Positions 38,806-49,219 of a stretch of 64,000 bases of DNA are shown one piece after another (positions within the stretch are counted from its first letter, which is position 1; the number at the start of each line of letters is the position of its first letter). Both the position numbers and the translations under genes were made by a program. Source of the stretch: an uncultured delta proteobacterium. Lineage in GTDB: Bacteria > Desulfobacterota > Syntrophobacteria > Syntrophobacterales > Syntrophobacteraceae. The stretch spans positions 24,825 to 88,824 of the forward strand of contig CAWEHK010000038.1 in assembly GCA_963808625.1 (NCBI GenBank). The letters are read 5' to 3'. The notes under the pieces were generated by a model that had not been told where the DNA came from, ran no database searches, and saw only the letters and a list, made by a program, of their open reading frames with translations.

Positions 38806-39068
38806 TGATTGCCTGGCTTGGCGAAGTGAGTGATGGCTCACATCCGAAACGAGTATAAAGAGCAACCGTGGAAATTTGAAGAGAAATAATGAGTCTCCAA
38901 TACCATTGTCAAGGAAAAGCAAAGCTTGGCCACGAACCGTTACCATCGCCGGAGCGGTGCGCTCACCATCCGGTACAAAACATTTTCAATTACCAACAAC
39001 CTGGGATAAATAGGAACTGGAATACCAGGTGGGTGTGCTGTTCTTAAGTTTTGGATGAAGGGTTAGAT

Positions 39069-39754
39069 ATGGCCTCATCAACCTTGGTCGCCTGCCCCGA
39101 ATGCGACCTCCTGCAGCGCGTGCCGGTGCTGGCACCGGGTGTGGCGGCGAACTGTCCGCGTTGTGGCAACCTGTTGCGACACAGCCGGCCGGACTCGCTT
39201 AACCGTACGCTGGCCCTGACGGCCGCCGCTGCGGTTGCCCTGCTGGTTGCCAATGCCGTTCCGCTGCTCGGGTTGTCAGCGGCCGGGCGCGAAGCGAGCA
39301 CGACGATTCTCGGCGGCGTCCAGGTCATGTGGGAGCAAGGTCACCCCCTGGTTTCCGGGATCATGCTGATCGCCGCCGTGATCGCGCCGGCGCTGGATAT
39401 CGCTCTCATGTTGATCATTCTGCTGGCGGTGCGGCGTCCCCCGCGCCGGTCTGGGTCAGCCGGATGCTCCGGTTCTGTGGGACCATCCGCCCCTGGCGCA
39501 TGGTCGAGGTGATGATGCTCGGAATTCTTGTCTCGCTGATCAAAATTGCCGAGCTTGCCACCGTCATTACCGGCATTGCCATGTACGCGGTGGCGGCACT
39601 TATCGTCCTGCTGGCGGCCGTGTCCTCCGCCTTCGATCCCGAGGAGGTCTGGCTGCGGGTGGACTGGGCTGAGCCGCGGTCCATGAGTAAACCACTGACC
39701 TTAACCACGGAACACACGGAACACACGGGAAACACAAAGGCACGAAGAACCTGA
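39069..39754 (+). CDS. pqiA: Paraquat-inducible protein A (first half; frameshift near 39440)
   Basis: ACPECDLL...CPRCG, RPWRMVEVMMLGILVSLIKIA, FDPEEVW. Confidence 0.88.
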
Positions 39755-39800
39755 AGTGATTTTTTCGTGTGTCTTCGTCGTCCTTCGTGTGCATTCGTGG
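39703..39800. repeat. 9-mer palindromic mini-element (CACACGGAA/CACGAAG type) overlapping the pqiA stop
   Basis: aaccacggaacacacggaacacacggg...ttcgtgtgtcttcgtcgtccttcgtgtgcattcgtgg. Confidence 0.75.
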
Positions 39801-39891
39801 ATGAAATGAGATTGAAATGAGTGCAAGTGAATTCCTGGCGCTTCGCATCAATCGAGTGTTTTTCGGTGATGAAGCCAGCTGGAGGCGGGAC

Positions 39892-40534
39892 GTGAACACG
39901 GCCTGGGCAGTCCGCAGCGCAATTCGGCTTTCTTAACTGCGAGGCGTGCGGCCTTCTTTCGCGAGCCCCTCGGGGTGCGGGCGAAGCCCATTGTCCCCGG
40001 TGTGATGCCAAGGTGCATTTGCGCAAGCCGAACAGCATCCAGCGTACGTGGGCCTTCGTCATCGCGGCGGCGATCTGCTACATCCCCGCCAACCTCCTGC
40101 CGGTGATGACGACCATCACCCCTTTCAGCAAGTCTTCGGACACGATCATGGAAGGGGTCGTGCTGCTCTGGTCGCCGTCCTCGTGGCCGTTGTCGGTGGT
40201 GGTCTTCATTGCGAGCATCATGATTCCGCTGTCGAAGCTCATTGCTCTCAGCTACCTGCTGGTTACGGTTCAGCGCCGCTCCTTGAAGAGCAGCCGCGAG
40301 CGCACGCGGCTCTACCGCGTCGTCGAGTTCGTCGGCCGCTGGTCCATGCTCGATGTCTTTGTTGACACCTTTGTCGTGGCTCTCGTTCAGCTCCAGCCGC
40401 TCATGGTGGTGGAACCGGGGCCTGGGGTGGTGTTTTTTGCGGCCGTGGTCGTGCTCACCATGATCGCGGCCGAAACCTTCGATCCCCGACTGATTTGGGA
40501 CCAAGAAGAGGTTAACCATGACCAACATTCCTGA
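39892..40534 (+). CDS. pqiA: Paraquat-inducible protein A (second half; frameshift near the start)
   Basis: CEACG...CPRCDAKVHLRKPNSIQRTWA, YIPAN, VGRWSMLDVFV, FDPRLIWD. Confidence 0.9.
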
Positions 40535-42229
40535 CACAAACGCTTTTCCCGACGTCCCCGAGGCCGCCACCGCCGCCAGGAAGCGAGGCCGTTTTTCGGT
40601 CGTGTGGATCATCCCCCTCGTCGCTGCGGTCATCGGTGGTTGGATTGCGGTGCAGAAGTACCTGAGCCAGGGCCCGACCATCACGATCAGCTTTGGCTCG
40701 GCTGAAGGGCTCGAAGCGGGGACGACCAAGATCAAGTACAATGGTGTGGATATCGGCACCGTGTCTGCCATCACCCTCTCGGAGGACCGGCAGGGTGTCA
40801 TCGTCACCGCCAAGATGGCCAGGGAGAGTCACAGAGCATGCTGGTCGAAGACACGCAGTTCTGGGTGGTGCGGGCACGCATTTCCGGCGGCACCGTCTCG
40901 GGTCTCGGCACGCTTCTTTCGGGCTCATATATCGGCATCGATCCCGGCAAATCCAAGGAGAAGCGGCGCGCCTTTATCGGACTCAAGGTGCCGCCGATGG
41001 TTACGGGCAATATCCCGGGACAGTTTTTCCTCCTCAGGGCCGACACCCGCGGTTCTCTCGATTACGGCACCCCGCTCTTTTTCCGGCGTATCCAGGTGGG
41101 GGAGGTGGTGGCCTACAATCTGGACCCTGATGGCCGCAGCATCACGGCCAACGTGTTTGTCCAAGCGCCCTACGACCAGTATGTGACAGCCGGGACGCGG
41201 TTTTGGCAGGCGAGTGGTATCGATGCCTCCCTTTCTGCAAGTGGCGTCAGTGTCCGTACCGAATCGCTGGTCTCGATTCTGATCGGCGGCATCGCCTTCG
41301 AAACCCCGGTTGACGGGCTGGTTCTGCCGCCGGCGGCGCCGAATACCATGTTCAAGTTGTTCGATACTCGAGAAGAGGCCATGAAACCCCCCAGGGGAGA
41401 GCCTCACATCTACCAGCTTGTTTTCCGGCAATCGGTTCGCGGCCTCGTTGTCGGGGCGCCCGTGGAAATCTCCGGCATCCCTATTGGGGAAGTGGTGTCG
41501 ATCGGCATGAACTTTGATCTCAAGACCTATGGCGTGTCGATCCCTGTCACCGTCAAGATATATCGGGAACTGGCTGCCACAAGGCTTGACAAGAGCGAGG
41601 TCGGAGCGCTGAGTCTCGATCCCAGGGCCGTCCTGGATAAGTTGGTTGAACTTGGGTTCCGAGCCCAGCTGCGCACGGGAAATTATCTCACCGGCGCGCT
41701 CTTCATTGCTTTCGAGCGGTTTCCCAACGCCCCCGGGGCAAAGGTCGACTGGTCGCAGCAGCCGCCTCAAATACCGACCGTTCCCGGGGATTTGGAGGGG
41801 ATCGAGCAGAGTCTGAAGAACATCGTTCAAAAGCTCGACAAACTGCCGCTCGAGGATATCGGTAAAGACGTTCGCAAAGCTCTGGTCACCCTCAACCAGA
41901 CGCTCACGGACGTCGGCAAGCTGGTGAAGCGGATCGATGCCGACGTGGCTCCGGAGGCTAAGGGTGCGCTCGTCGGGGCGCGTCGCGCCCTCGAGGCGGC
42001 AGAGCGCGCGCTCAGCTCGGCGGACAAGACGTTCCTGGGGACCAATGCCCCCGTCCAGCAGGAATTGCGTGACGCCCTGCAGGAAATCAGCAGTGCGGCG
42101 CGGGCCCTGCGGGTCCTTGTGGATTACCTCGAACGTAACCCTGATGCGCTTTTAAGAGGGAAGAAGGCGACTTCGGTGCCGACTTCCGAGGCGTATCCAG
42201 CGAAAAATGGAGGAAAGCAAACCCGATGA
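40518..42229 (+). CDS. pqiB: Paraquat-inducible protein B (three MCE domains; frameshift near 40830)
   Basis: SVVWIIPLVA, AEGLEAG.TKIKY.GV, FWVVRARISG, LDYGTP, RAQLRTGNYLTG, YLERNPDALLRGK. Confidence 0.92.
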
Positions 42230-42819
42230 GTCCATTCCCACACCGCATCAGCTTTTTTCTGATCGGCCTGGCGTTGCTCACCGCCTGCGCCTCGCCGCCT
42301 TCGCACTACTACACGTTGAATCCGACTCAGCAGGCGTCAGCCGGACCAGTCTCTTCTACCAGCGTTGCCGTCGGTCCGGTATCGGTCCCGGAAGCGGTTA
42401 ACCGCCCGGAGATTATGGTTCGGATCGGCCCGAATCAGCTGGCGCTGGACGAATTCAACCGATGGGCGGCACCACTCGAGGGCGACATTCAGCGCGTCGT
42501 CATCGAGAACCTGTCCCAATTGCTGGGGACGCCGCGCGTGTTCCGATATCCGCAGGGCCCGATAACTTCTCCGGACTTTCGGGTCGAGATCGAGGTGCTG
42601 CGGTTCGAGTCGGCGCCGGGGGACGCAGCCCTGCTCGATGTCTTCTGGACGGTCCGAGGAAAGAGCGAGAAGGACCTGAGGACCGGGCGGACGACGTCGC
42701 GTGAATCGGTGACGGACAAGAGCTACGACGCGCTCGCGGCCGCTCACAGCCGGGCCCTCGGCCAGCTGAGCAGCGACCTTTCGGAAGCGATCCTCGAGAT
42801 CGAGCGATTGCGCGAATAA
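42226..42819 (+). CDS. pqiC: PqiC-family lipoprotein
   Basis: Lipobox LLTAC, YYTL, VGPVSVP, RWAAPL. Confidence 0.88.
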   Translation: MSPFPHRISFFLIGLALLTACASPPSHYYTLNPTQQASAGPVSSTSVAVGPVSVPEAVNRPEIMVRIGPNQLALDEFNRWAAPLEGDIQRVVIENLSQLLGTPRVFRYPQGPITSPDFRVEIEVLRFESAPGDAALLDVFWTVRGKSEKDLRTGRTTSRESVTDKSYDALAAAHSRALGQLSSDLSEAILEIERLRE

Positions 42820-42912
42820 GGGGTCGTTATTCGATATTCGTTTTTTTCAGTGAAAAAGGTTCCATTTCCATTCTCGGTATTGTCATGTTTACTATACAAT
42901 ACAGGAGGATAT

Positions 42913-43149
42913 ATGATGCAAGAGGTCATTGCCATTCGCGTTGAGCGCGAGATTAAGGAGCGCCTGGAAGAGTTGGCGAAGACAACCGCCCGTAGCCGGT
43001 CTTTTTTGGCTGCTGAGGCTATCCGTTGCTATTTGGATTTGCACGCCTGGCAAGTTGAACAAATCCTCGAGGGCATAGAGGAGGCTGAAGCGGGAAAACT
43101 TGTGGCGCATGAGGAAGTGGTAAGGAAGTGGGAGGGGAACAGCAGGTGA
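42913..43149 (+). CDS. CopG/RHH-family antitoxin-like protein (orphan)
   Basis: AGGAGG RBS; IRV..EIKERLEELAKTTARSRSFLAAEAIRCYL...WQVEQI.EGIEEA..G. Confidence 0.8.
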   Translation: MMQEVIAIRVEREIKERLEELAKTTARSRSFLAAEAIRCYLDLHAWQVEQILEGIEEAEAGKLVAHEEVVRKWEGNSR

Positions 43150-45417
43150 AGACAGCGATCCTTTTGACGGCGAGTCTAGCCGTGGTGGTTTGCTTAGCGC
43201 AGGCCGCGGCTGCAGACCGCAAGGCCGGCGGCGCGCCAAAAGCGGGGCAAGAGCAGGGCTATGCCGGCTCACAGAGCTGCCGGGAATGCCACGAAAAATT
43301 CTACCAACTCTGGTCCACCTCCAAGCATGGGCTGGCGATGCAGCCTTACACGGCCGAATTTGCCGCGACGCAGCTCAGCCTTCAGCAAAAGGAGGTGGTC
43401 ATCGGCAAAGCTCGCTACCGCGCCGAGGTTGGCAAAGGGCAGGGCTGGGTGTCCGAGGTTGGCCCCGGTGGTAAGAAGAAATACCCCATCGTCCACGTCC
43501 TCGGAGGGAAGAACGTCTATTATTTTCTGACGCCGTTTGACCGGGGCCGTCTCCAGACCCTGCCCGTGGCTTACGATGTCCACAAGAAGGAATGGTTCGA
43601 CACGGCGGCCAGCGGCATCCGCCATTTCCCGGGAGGGGCTGCGGGCGAGCAGGTCAGCTGGAAGGACCCGGCCTACACCTTCAACACCTCCTGTTATAGC
43701 TGCCACGTGAGCCAGCTCACCTCGAACTATGATCTCAAGACCGACTACGTACCACACCACCTGGGCTGAGCCTGGCATCAACTGCGAGGCTTGCCACGGC
43801 CCTTCGGCGGAACACAACCGGGTCTTCCGGGAAGCCCCCAAGGGGCAGAAGCCCGAAGACATCAAGATCATCAGTTGGAGGAATTTCACCCCCGAGCAGA
43901 AGAACGCTGCCTGCTCGATCTGTCACGCGAAAATGTCCCCGGTCACCGCCACCTTTGCGCCGGGCGATCGTTTCTTCGACCATTTCGACCTGGCGACGCT
44001 GGAGGACCCCGACTTCTACCCTGACGGCCGCGACCTGGGGGAGAACTACACGTACACTTCCTGGCTGATGAGTCCCTGTGCGAAGGCCGGGAAAATCAAC
44101 TGCGTGACCTGCCACACCTCGAGCGGCCGCTACCGGTTCAAAGCCGACGACAAGGCCAACGACGCGTGCCTGCCGTGCCACGAGAAGCAGGTGATGGACG
44201 CTCCGGCGCACACTCATCACCAGGAGGGGAGCGCCGGGAACAAGTGCGTTTCCTGCCACATGCCCATGACCTCCTTTGCGCGGATGAACCGGACCGACCA
44301 CTCGATGCTGCCGCCGACGCCCGCAGCGACCATTGCCTACCAGTCGCCCAATGCCTGCAACCTCTGCCACACGGACAAGGATGCGGTCTGGGCCGACAAG
44401 CATGTCCGGGAGTGGCGCTCTCGGGACTACCAGGCGCCGCTGCTCCACCGGGCATCGCTTGTTGACGCCGGGCGCAAACGGGACTGGTCGAAGCTTCCGG
44501 AGATGTTGAGCTATATAACGAGTAGAGACCGCGATGAGGTCTTTGCGACGTCGCTCATCCGCATGGTGCCGGCTTCCGGGGACCCGCGAGTCGTGCCGGT
44601 CCTGCTCGAGGCCATCAAGGACCCCGCGCCTCTCGTGCGTGCGGCCGCCGCCGAAGACCTGCTGAATGTGCCGACGAAAGAAGCCGTTCAGGCCCTTGTC
44701 GAGGCGGCCGGAGATGACTACCGATTGGTGCGCGTTCGGGCTGCTTCATCTCTTGCCGGTCGTCAGGACCTCCCCCTGGATGAGGCTCAGAAGAAAACGG
44801 TTGAAGCAGCAAGAGAGGAGTTCCTGGCTTCGCTCCTTTCCCGCCCGGACCAGTGGGGGTCCTATTATAATCTGGGCAACTACTACCTGAACCGGGGCGA
44901 CTTCAAACAGGCCGTGGCTTCGTATGACACGGCCCTGAAGCTGGAGCCGCGGGCGGTGCTGGCCATGGTGAACGAATCCATCGCCTACGCTCGCCTGGGA
45001 GAAAACCTCAGGGCCAACGATGCCTTGCAGAAGGCATTGACGGTTGCTCCCGACAGCGCGGCGGCGAATTTCAACATGGGACTCCTGAAGGCGGAGCAAA
45101 AGGACCTCAAACAGGCAGAGGTCTATCTCAGAGCGGCGCTCAAGACCGACCCCCAGATGGCGCAGGCCGCTTACAACCTCTGCGTCATCACGGCGAAGGA
45201 CCGTCTGGAAGAGGCCCTCGGGTTTTGCCGCAAAGCGAGCGCCCTGCGTCCGGATGATCCGCGCTACGCCTACACTCTTGCCTTTTACCTGAATCAGAAG
45301 GGCGACAGGGACGAAGCCGTGAGCACTCTCCGTGCAATCGTGGAGAAACACCCCACCTACCGGGATGCGCAACTGCTTCTGCAGAAAATATCGAAAACGA
45401 AGGATGCAACACCATAG
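43146..45417 (+). CDS. Octaheme cytochrome c with HEAT and TPR repeats (frameshift near 43745)
   Basis: Signal peptide; eight CxxCH motifs (CRECH, CYSCH, CEACH, CSICH, CVTCH, CLPCH, CVSCH, CNLCH); HEAT repeats DPAPLVRAAAA; TPR YNLGN... Confidence 0.88.
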
Positions 45418-47720
45418 TGGAGCGGGGAAAAAGAAGACTGCTTGGCGGCATACCGGTCATTTGCGCGATCCTTTTCTTGCTGCACCCACTGCTTCCTGAC
45501 GCATGGGCGTCGGAGTCACAGAAGCGGCTCCTCGTGCTTTACAGCCAGGACCACGGGCTTCCGGCCCACGAACTGACGGACAAGGCCATCCGCGCGGCCG
45601 TGAAGGCCAATCCGACCTATGACATCCAGATTTTCTCCGAGTTCCTGGACCTCTCCCGCTTCAGGGGGCCTCACCACGAGGAAAACCTGGGCCGGTTCCT
45701 GGCTGACAAGTATGCGAGCACAAGACCGGACCTCATCGTTGCGGCGGAATATAGAGCGGTGGACTTTATTGTGAATCACGGCGGCCCTGCCTTCTCCGGC
45801 ATCTCCATTGTCGTGGGCAGCATGTTCGAGAGCGAGGCTGAGGAGTTGGAAGGGAGAGGGCTAAGGCAACGGGTCACGGGCGGGATTTTGAAGGAAGACA
45901 TTGGTAGCCTTCTTCCGCTGTTGCGCACGCTGAAACCGGCGACGAGGCGCATCGCCCTCGTGGGGGGCGCATCGGAGACGGACCAGTACTTATATGCTGT
46001 GATCCGCAATGCCCTGAAACGACAGGCTTCCGACCTGGAGATCATCGAACTCGCCGGGCTTGCCCTGCCTCAGCTTCTGGAGCGTGTGGGCAGCCTTCCC
46101 CCCGACAGCGTCGTCCTTTTCATTACGGTTTTCGCCGATGGCGCCGGATGGCAATTCGCCCCCAGAGAGGTTCTTTCAATGGTTTCTCGCGGGACCAATG
46201 TCCCGGTCTTCGGCCTCTTTGACAGCTACCTCGGTTACGGCATCGTCGGCGGCCATCAAATCAGTTTTGAAGCCCAGGGCCGGAAGGCGGCGGAGCTCGC
46301 GTTTCGCATCCTCGGCTGCGAGTCTCCGGGCGCTATCCCTCTAACCGTCGCGGACACCCATCCTTACGCGTTCGACTGGCGTGAACTCAAACGCTGGGGA
46401 ATTCCGGAAGCAGCACTGCCGCCGGGAAGCACCGTGATCAACAAAGAATTTTCCCTTTGGGAGTCCTACCGATGGCCCATTGTCGGCATTCTATCTTTCG
46501 GCTTCAGTCAAACCCTCCTGATCGCCGGACTCATTTTCAATCTGCGCCAACGCCGGCGGGCGGAGCAGGCGGTGGCTTCCTCGGAAGTTCGCTACCGGAC
46601 CGTTGCCGACCACACCTATGACTGGGAGTACTGGTCGGCCCCGGATGGGAGTCTGAATTATGTATCCCCTTCCTGCGAGCGCATTACCGGCTATAGCCCC
46701 CAGGAGTTTTTGGATAACCCCGCTCTTCGCTACGAGATCATCATTCCGGAGGATCGCCGGATCTGGGATCGACATAAAGACGACACCCGGACGGAATTCA
46801 AGGCGCAGGAAATAGGGTTCCGCATCCTCACGCGTGATGGCGAGGTCCGCTGGATTGACCACGCCTGCCGGCCGGTAACGGATCCAAATGGTCAGTTCCA
46901 GGGTTTCCGGGCAAGCAACAGGGATGTGACGGAACGGAATTTAGCCGAAACCAGGGCCCAGCGACACCGGGATGAACTTTCTCATGTCACGCGGGTGGCC
47001 GCCATGGGGGAACTGACCAGTTCTCTTGCCCACGAACTCAATCAACCGTTGGCAGCGATCCTCAATTACGCCAATGCCGCACAGCGTTTCCTTGCCGGTG
47101 CCGAACCCAATTTGAGCAAGGTAAGCGAAGCCCTTCGAGGGATCATCAGGGATGAAAACAGGGCTGCCGAGGTGATCCGCCGAGTTCGGGCTCTATTGAA
47201 AAAGCAGAAACCCCGCCACAGCATTCTGGACATGAACAACGTCATCAAAGAATATCTTGATCTCATGCACGGCGATTCGATTATGAGGGGGTTGTCCATC
47301 GTGACGGAGCTTGCTCCCGGGCTGCCGGCGGTGCGGGGCGACCCGGTCCAGTTGCACCAGGTCCTGCTGAACCTGACATTGAATGCGGCTGCGGCGATGA
47401 GTCATGTTATGCGGGATTTTCCACGGCTGGTTGTCAGGACCGAGGTCCGGGAAGATCAGGGCGTGAAGGTCTCGGTCAGAGACTTTGGCGTGGGCATTGA
47501 CGAAGATCGTAAAGGCAGGCTTTTTGAACCCCTTTACACGACCAAACCCGAAGGGTTGGGGATGGGGCTCGCCATCTGCCAAAATATTATCCATGATCAT
47601 GGGGGCTCGATCTGGGCCGAGAATAATCCCGATCAGGGAGCCACCTTCTGTTTCACCCTGCCGCTAACCCCCGAGAACAGCCACGCAGGGAAGCCGGGTG
47701 TCGGCAAACCGCAGGACTAG
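45417..47720 (+). CDS. Membrane sensor histidine kinase (periplasmic ABC-binding-like domain, PAS, FixL-type kinase)
   Basis: MGELTSSLAHELNQPL, QVLLNLTLNA, DFGVG, TTKPEGLGMGLAIC. Confidence 0.92.
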   Translation: MERGKRRLLGGIPVICAILFLLHPLLPDAWASESQKRLLVLYSQDHGLPAHELTDKAIRAAVKANPTYDIQIFSEFLDLSRFRGPHHEENLGRFLADKYASTRPDLIVAAEYRAVDFIVNHGGPAFSGISIVVGSMFESEAEELEGRGLRQRVTGGILKEDIGSLLPLLRTLKPATRRIALVGGASETDQYLYAVIRNALKRQASDLEIIELAGLALPQLLERVGSLPPDSVVLFITVFADGAGWQFAPREVLSMVSRGTNVPVFGLFDSYLGYGIVGGHQISFEAQGRKAAELAFRILGCESPGAIPLTVADTHPYAFDWRELKRWGIPEAALPPGSTVINKEFSLWESYRWPIVGILSFGFSQTLLIAGLIFNLRQRRRAEQAVASSEVRYRTVADHTYDWEYWSAPDGSLNYVSPSCERITGYSPQEFLDNPALRYEIIIPEDRRIWDRHKDDTRTEFKAQEIGFRILTRDGEVRWIDHACRPVTDPNGQFQGFRASNRDVTERNLAETRAQRHRDELSHVTRVAAMGELTSSLAHELNQPLAAILNYANAAQRFLAGAEPNLSKVSEALRGIIRDENRAAEVIRRVRALLKKQKPRHSILDMNNVIKEYLDLMHGDSIMRGLSIVTELAPGLPAVRGDPVQLHQVLLNLTLNAAAAMSHVMRDFPRLVVRTEVREDQGVKVSVRDFGVGIDEDRKGRLFEPLYTTKPEGLGMGLAICQNIIHDHGGSIWAENNPDQGATFCFTLPLTPENSHAGKPGVGKPQD

Positions 47721-47737
47721 AAGCTCATGCGCGTGCC

Positions 47738-47858
47738 CTGTATTAGACAAACTGACCCGCCGCATGTCCTGAAGCCCTCCATCAACCATCAACTATCAAC
47801 CATCAACCATCAACCCAACTGTATTAGACAAACTGACCCGCCGCATGTCCTGAAGCCC
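47738..47858 (+). repeat. Exact 40-bp direct repeat flanking a 41-bp CCATCAA heptamer array
   Basis: ctgtattagacaaactgacccgccgcatgtcctgaagccc at 47738-47777 and 47819-47858; array at 47778-47818. Confidence 0.95.
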
Positions 47859-48990
47859 AGGCCCAATGGAGATTATATCCGCCAAGGTGTCCGGTGACGT
47901 CGATAAGCTCTCCCAGGAAATATAAGCCGGGCACTTTCTTCGATTCCATGGTTTTGGACGACAGTTCCCTCGTATCGACCCCACCCAGGGTCACTTCGGC
48001 CTTGTTGAAGCCCTCGGTGCCGGCAGGCTGAAGCTGCCAGTCATGGAGAGCGCGGGCAAGGGCAGCGAGCTCTTTCGGGGAGTACTGAGTGAGCGGCCTG
48101 GACCGGCAATAGAGTTCGCACCATATCTTCACAAAACGTCCGGGCAGGAACCGGTCGAGCAAGGTGGTGAGAAGCATCCTGCTGTGATGGTTCTCCATGA
48201 GGATGCCGTGAATGTCGAGTTCGGGAAGAAGATCGACAGCAATCCTGCCGCTTCCGTCCCAGTAGGATGAGATTTGAAGAATGGCCGGGCCGCTGAGTCC
48301 TTTGTGGGTAAAGAGGACATTGTCCCGAAACTTCACTCCCCCATGACTCACCACCGAATCCATGGAAACGCCGGCCATGGGGCGAAAGATCGCCTGTTCC
48401 TCGGCACTGAACCTGAGCGGCGTGAGGGCGGGTCTGAGCGCAGTGACTCCTATTTCGAATTGTTTGGCCAGGGCATATCCGAAATGAGTTGCACCCATGT
48501 TGGGCATGGACAGGCCGCCGGTGGCAACGACGAGCGAATCGGCATCAAAGATGCCGCGGTTGGTTGTCACCCTGAATCCTGCATTCTTTCGTATTTCCGA
48601 AACCCTGCAATTCAGCAGGATTCTTACCCTTGCCCTGTCGCACTCCCCCTTGAGCATGTCGATGATTTCCCGGGAGCTCCCACAACAGAACAGGCGGCCT
48701 GCCTCGCGCTCATCGTAGCGGATTCCATGTTTTTCCAGCATGGCGAGGAACGCCGTCGGAGTGAACCGAGACAATGCAGATTGGCAGAAATGCGGGTTAA
48801 GGGACAGGTAATTTTCCCGGCGGACGTTCGTGTTGCTAAAATTGCACTGACCTCCCCCGGAGATGCGGACCTTGCCGCATATTCTTTCGGTATGTTCGAG
48901 GACCACCACCGCCCGGCCCCGCTTCCCCGCCTCCATCGCGCACATGAGCCCCGAGGCGCCGGCCCCGATTACGATAACATCTGTCTTCAT
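47824..48990 (-). CDS. HI0933/BaiN-family NAD(P)/FAD-dependent oxidoreductase
   Basis: VIVIGAGASGL, KVRISGGGQCNFSN, ATGGLSMP, LFTHKGLSGP, VTLGGV, GHLGGYNLHWAWASG. Confidence 0.93.
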   Translation of the reverse strand: MKTDVIVIGAGASGLMCAMEAGKRGRAVVVLEHTERICGKVRISGGGQCNFSNTNVRRENYLSLNPHFCQSALSRFTPTAFLAMLEKHGIRYDEREAGRLFCCGSSREIIDMLKGECDRARVRILLNCRVSEIRKNAGFRVTTNRGIFDADSLVVATGGLSMPNMGATHFGYALAKQFEIGVTALRPALTPLRFSAEEQAIFRPMAGVSMDSVVSHGGVKFRDNVLFTHKGLSGPAILQISSYWDGSGRIAVDLLPELDIHGILMENHHSRMLLTTLLDRFLPGRFVKIWCELYCRSRPLTQYSPKELAALARALHDWQLQPAGTEGFNKAEVTLGGVDTRELSSKTMESKKVPGLYFLGELIDVTGHLGGYNLHWAWASGHAAGQFV

Positions 48991-49039
48991 CGATGGTCCT
49001 GAAAGATACGCTCGATTCACTGCGCAGGAAACGCCGGGC

Positions 49040-49219
49040 CTGGGTTGACCGAAGACCGGCGCCGGCTAAATGTTCGTCGTTGGCTTCCGTGGTAATGCAA
49101 AGGGCCGGTGGGACCCGTAACCCGTTCTTTGCCGTACGGGCGAGAGCAAACCCCTTGCCCCCGACCGCGTGACGCTGGTTTTCGTCAATCTCGTGAGGAA
49201 CGATCGTCCATCTCATCAT
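49040..49219 (-). pseudogene. Truncated N-terminus of a PEP/pyruvate-binding (PPDK_N-like) protein
   Basis: VGGKGFALARTAKNGLRVPPALCITTEA, after which homology stops. Confidence 0.7.

Noticed and set aside
47738..47858. Repeat-spacer-repeat geometry (40/41/40) as a minimal CRISPR array
   Set aside because: Only two copies; the repeat is the 3' end of a protein-coding gene, the spacer is a simple heptamer run, and no cas genes are present.
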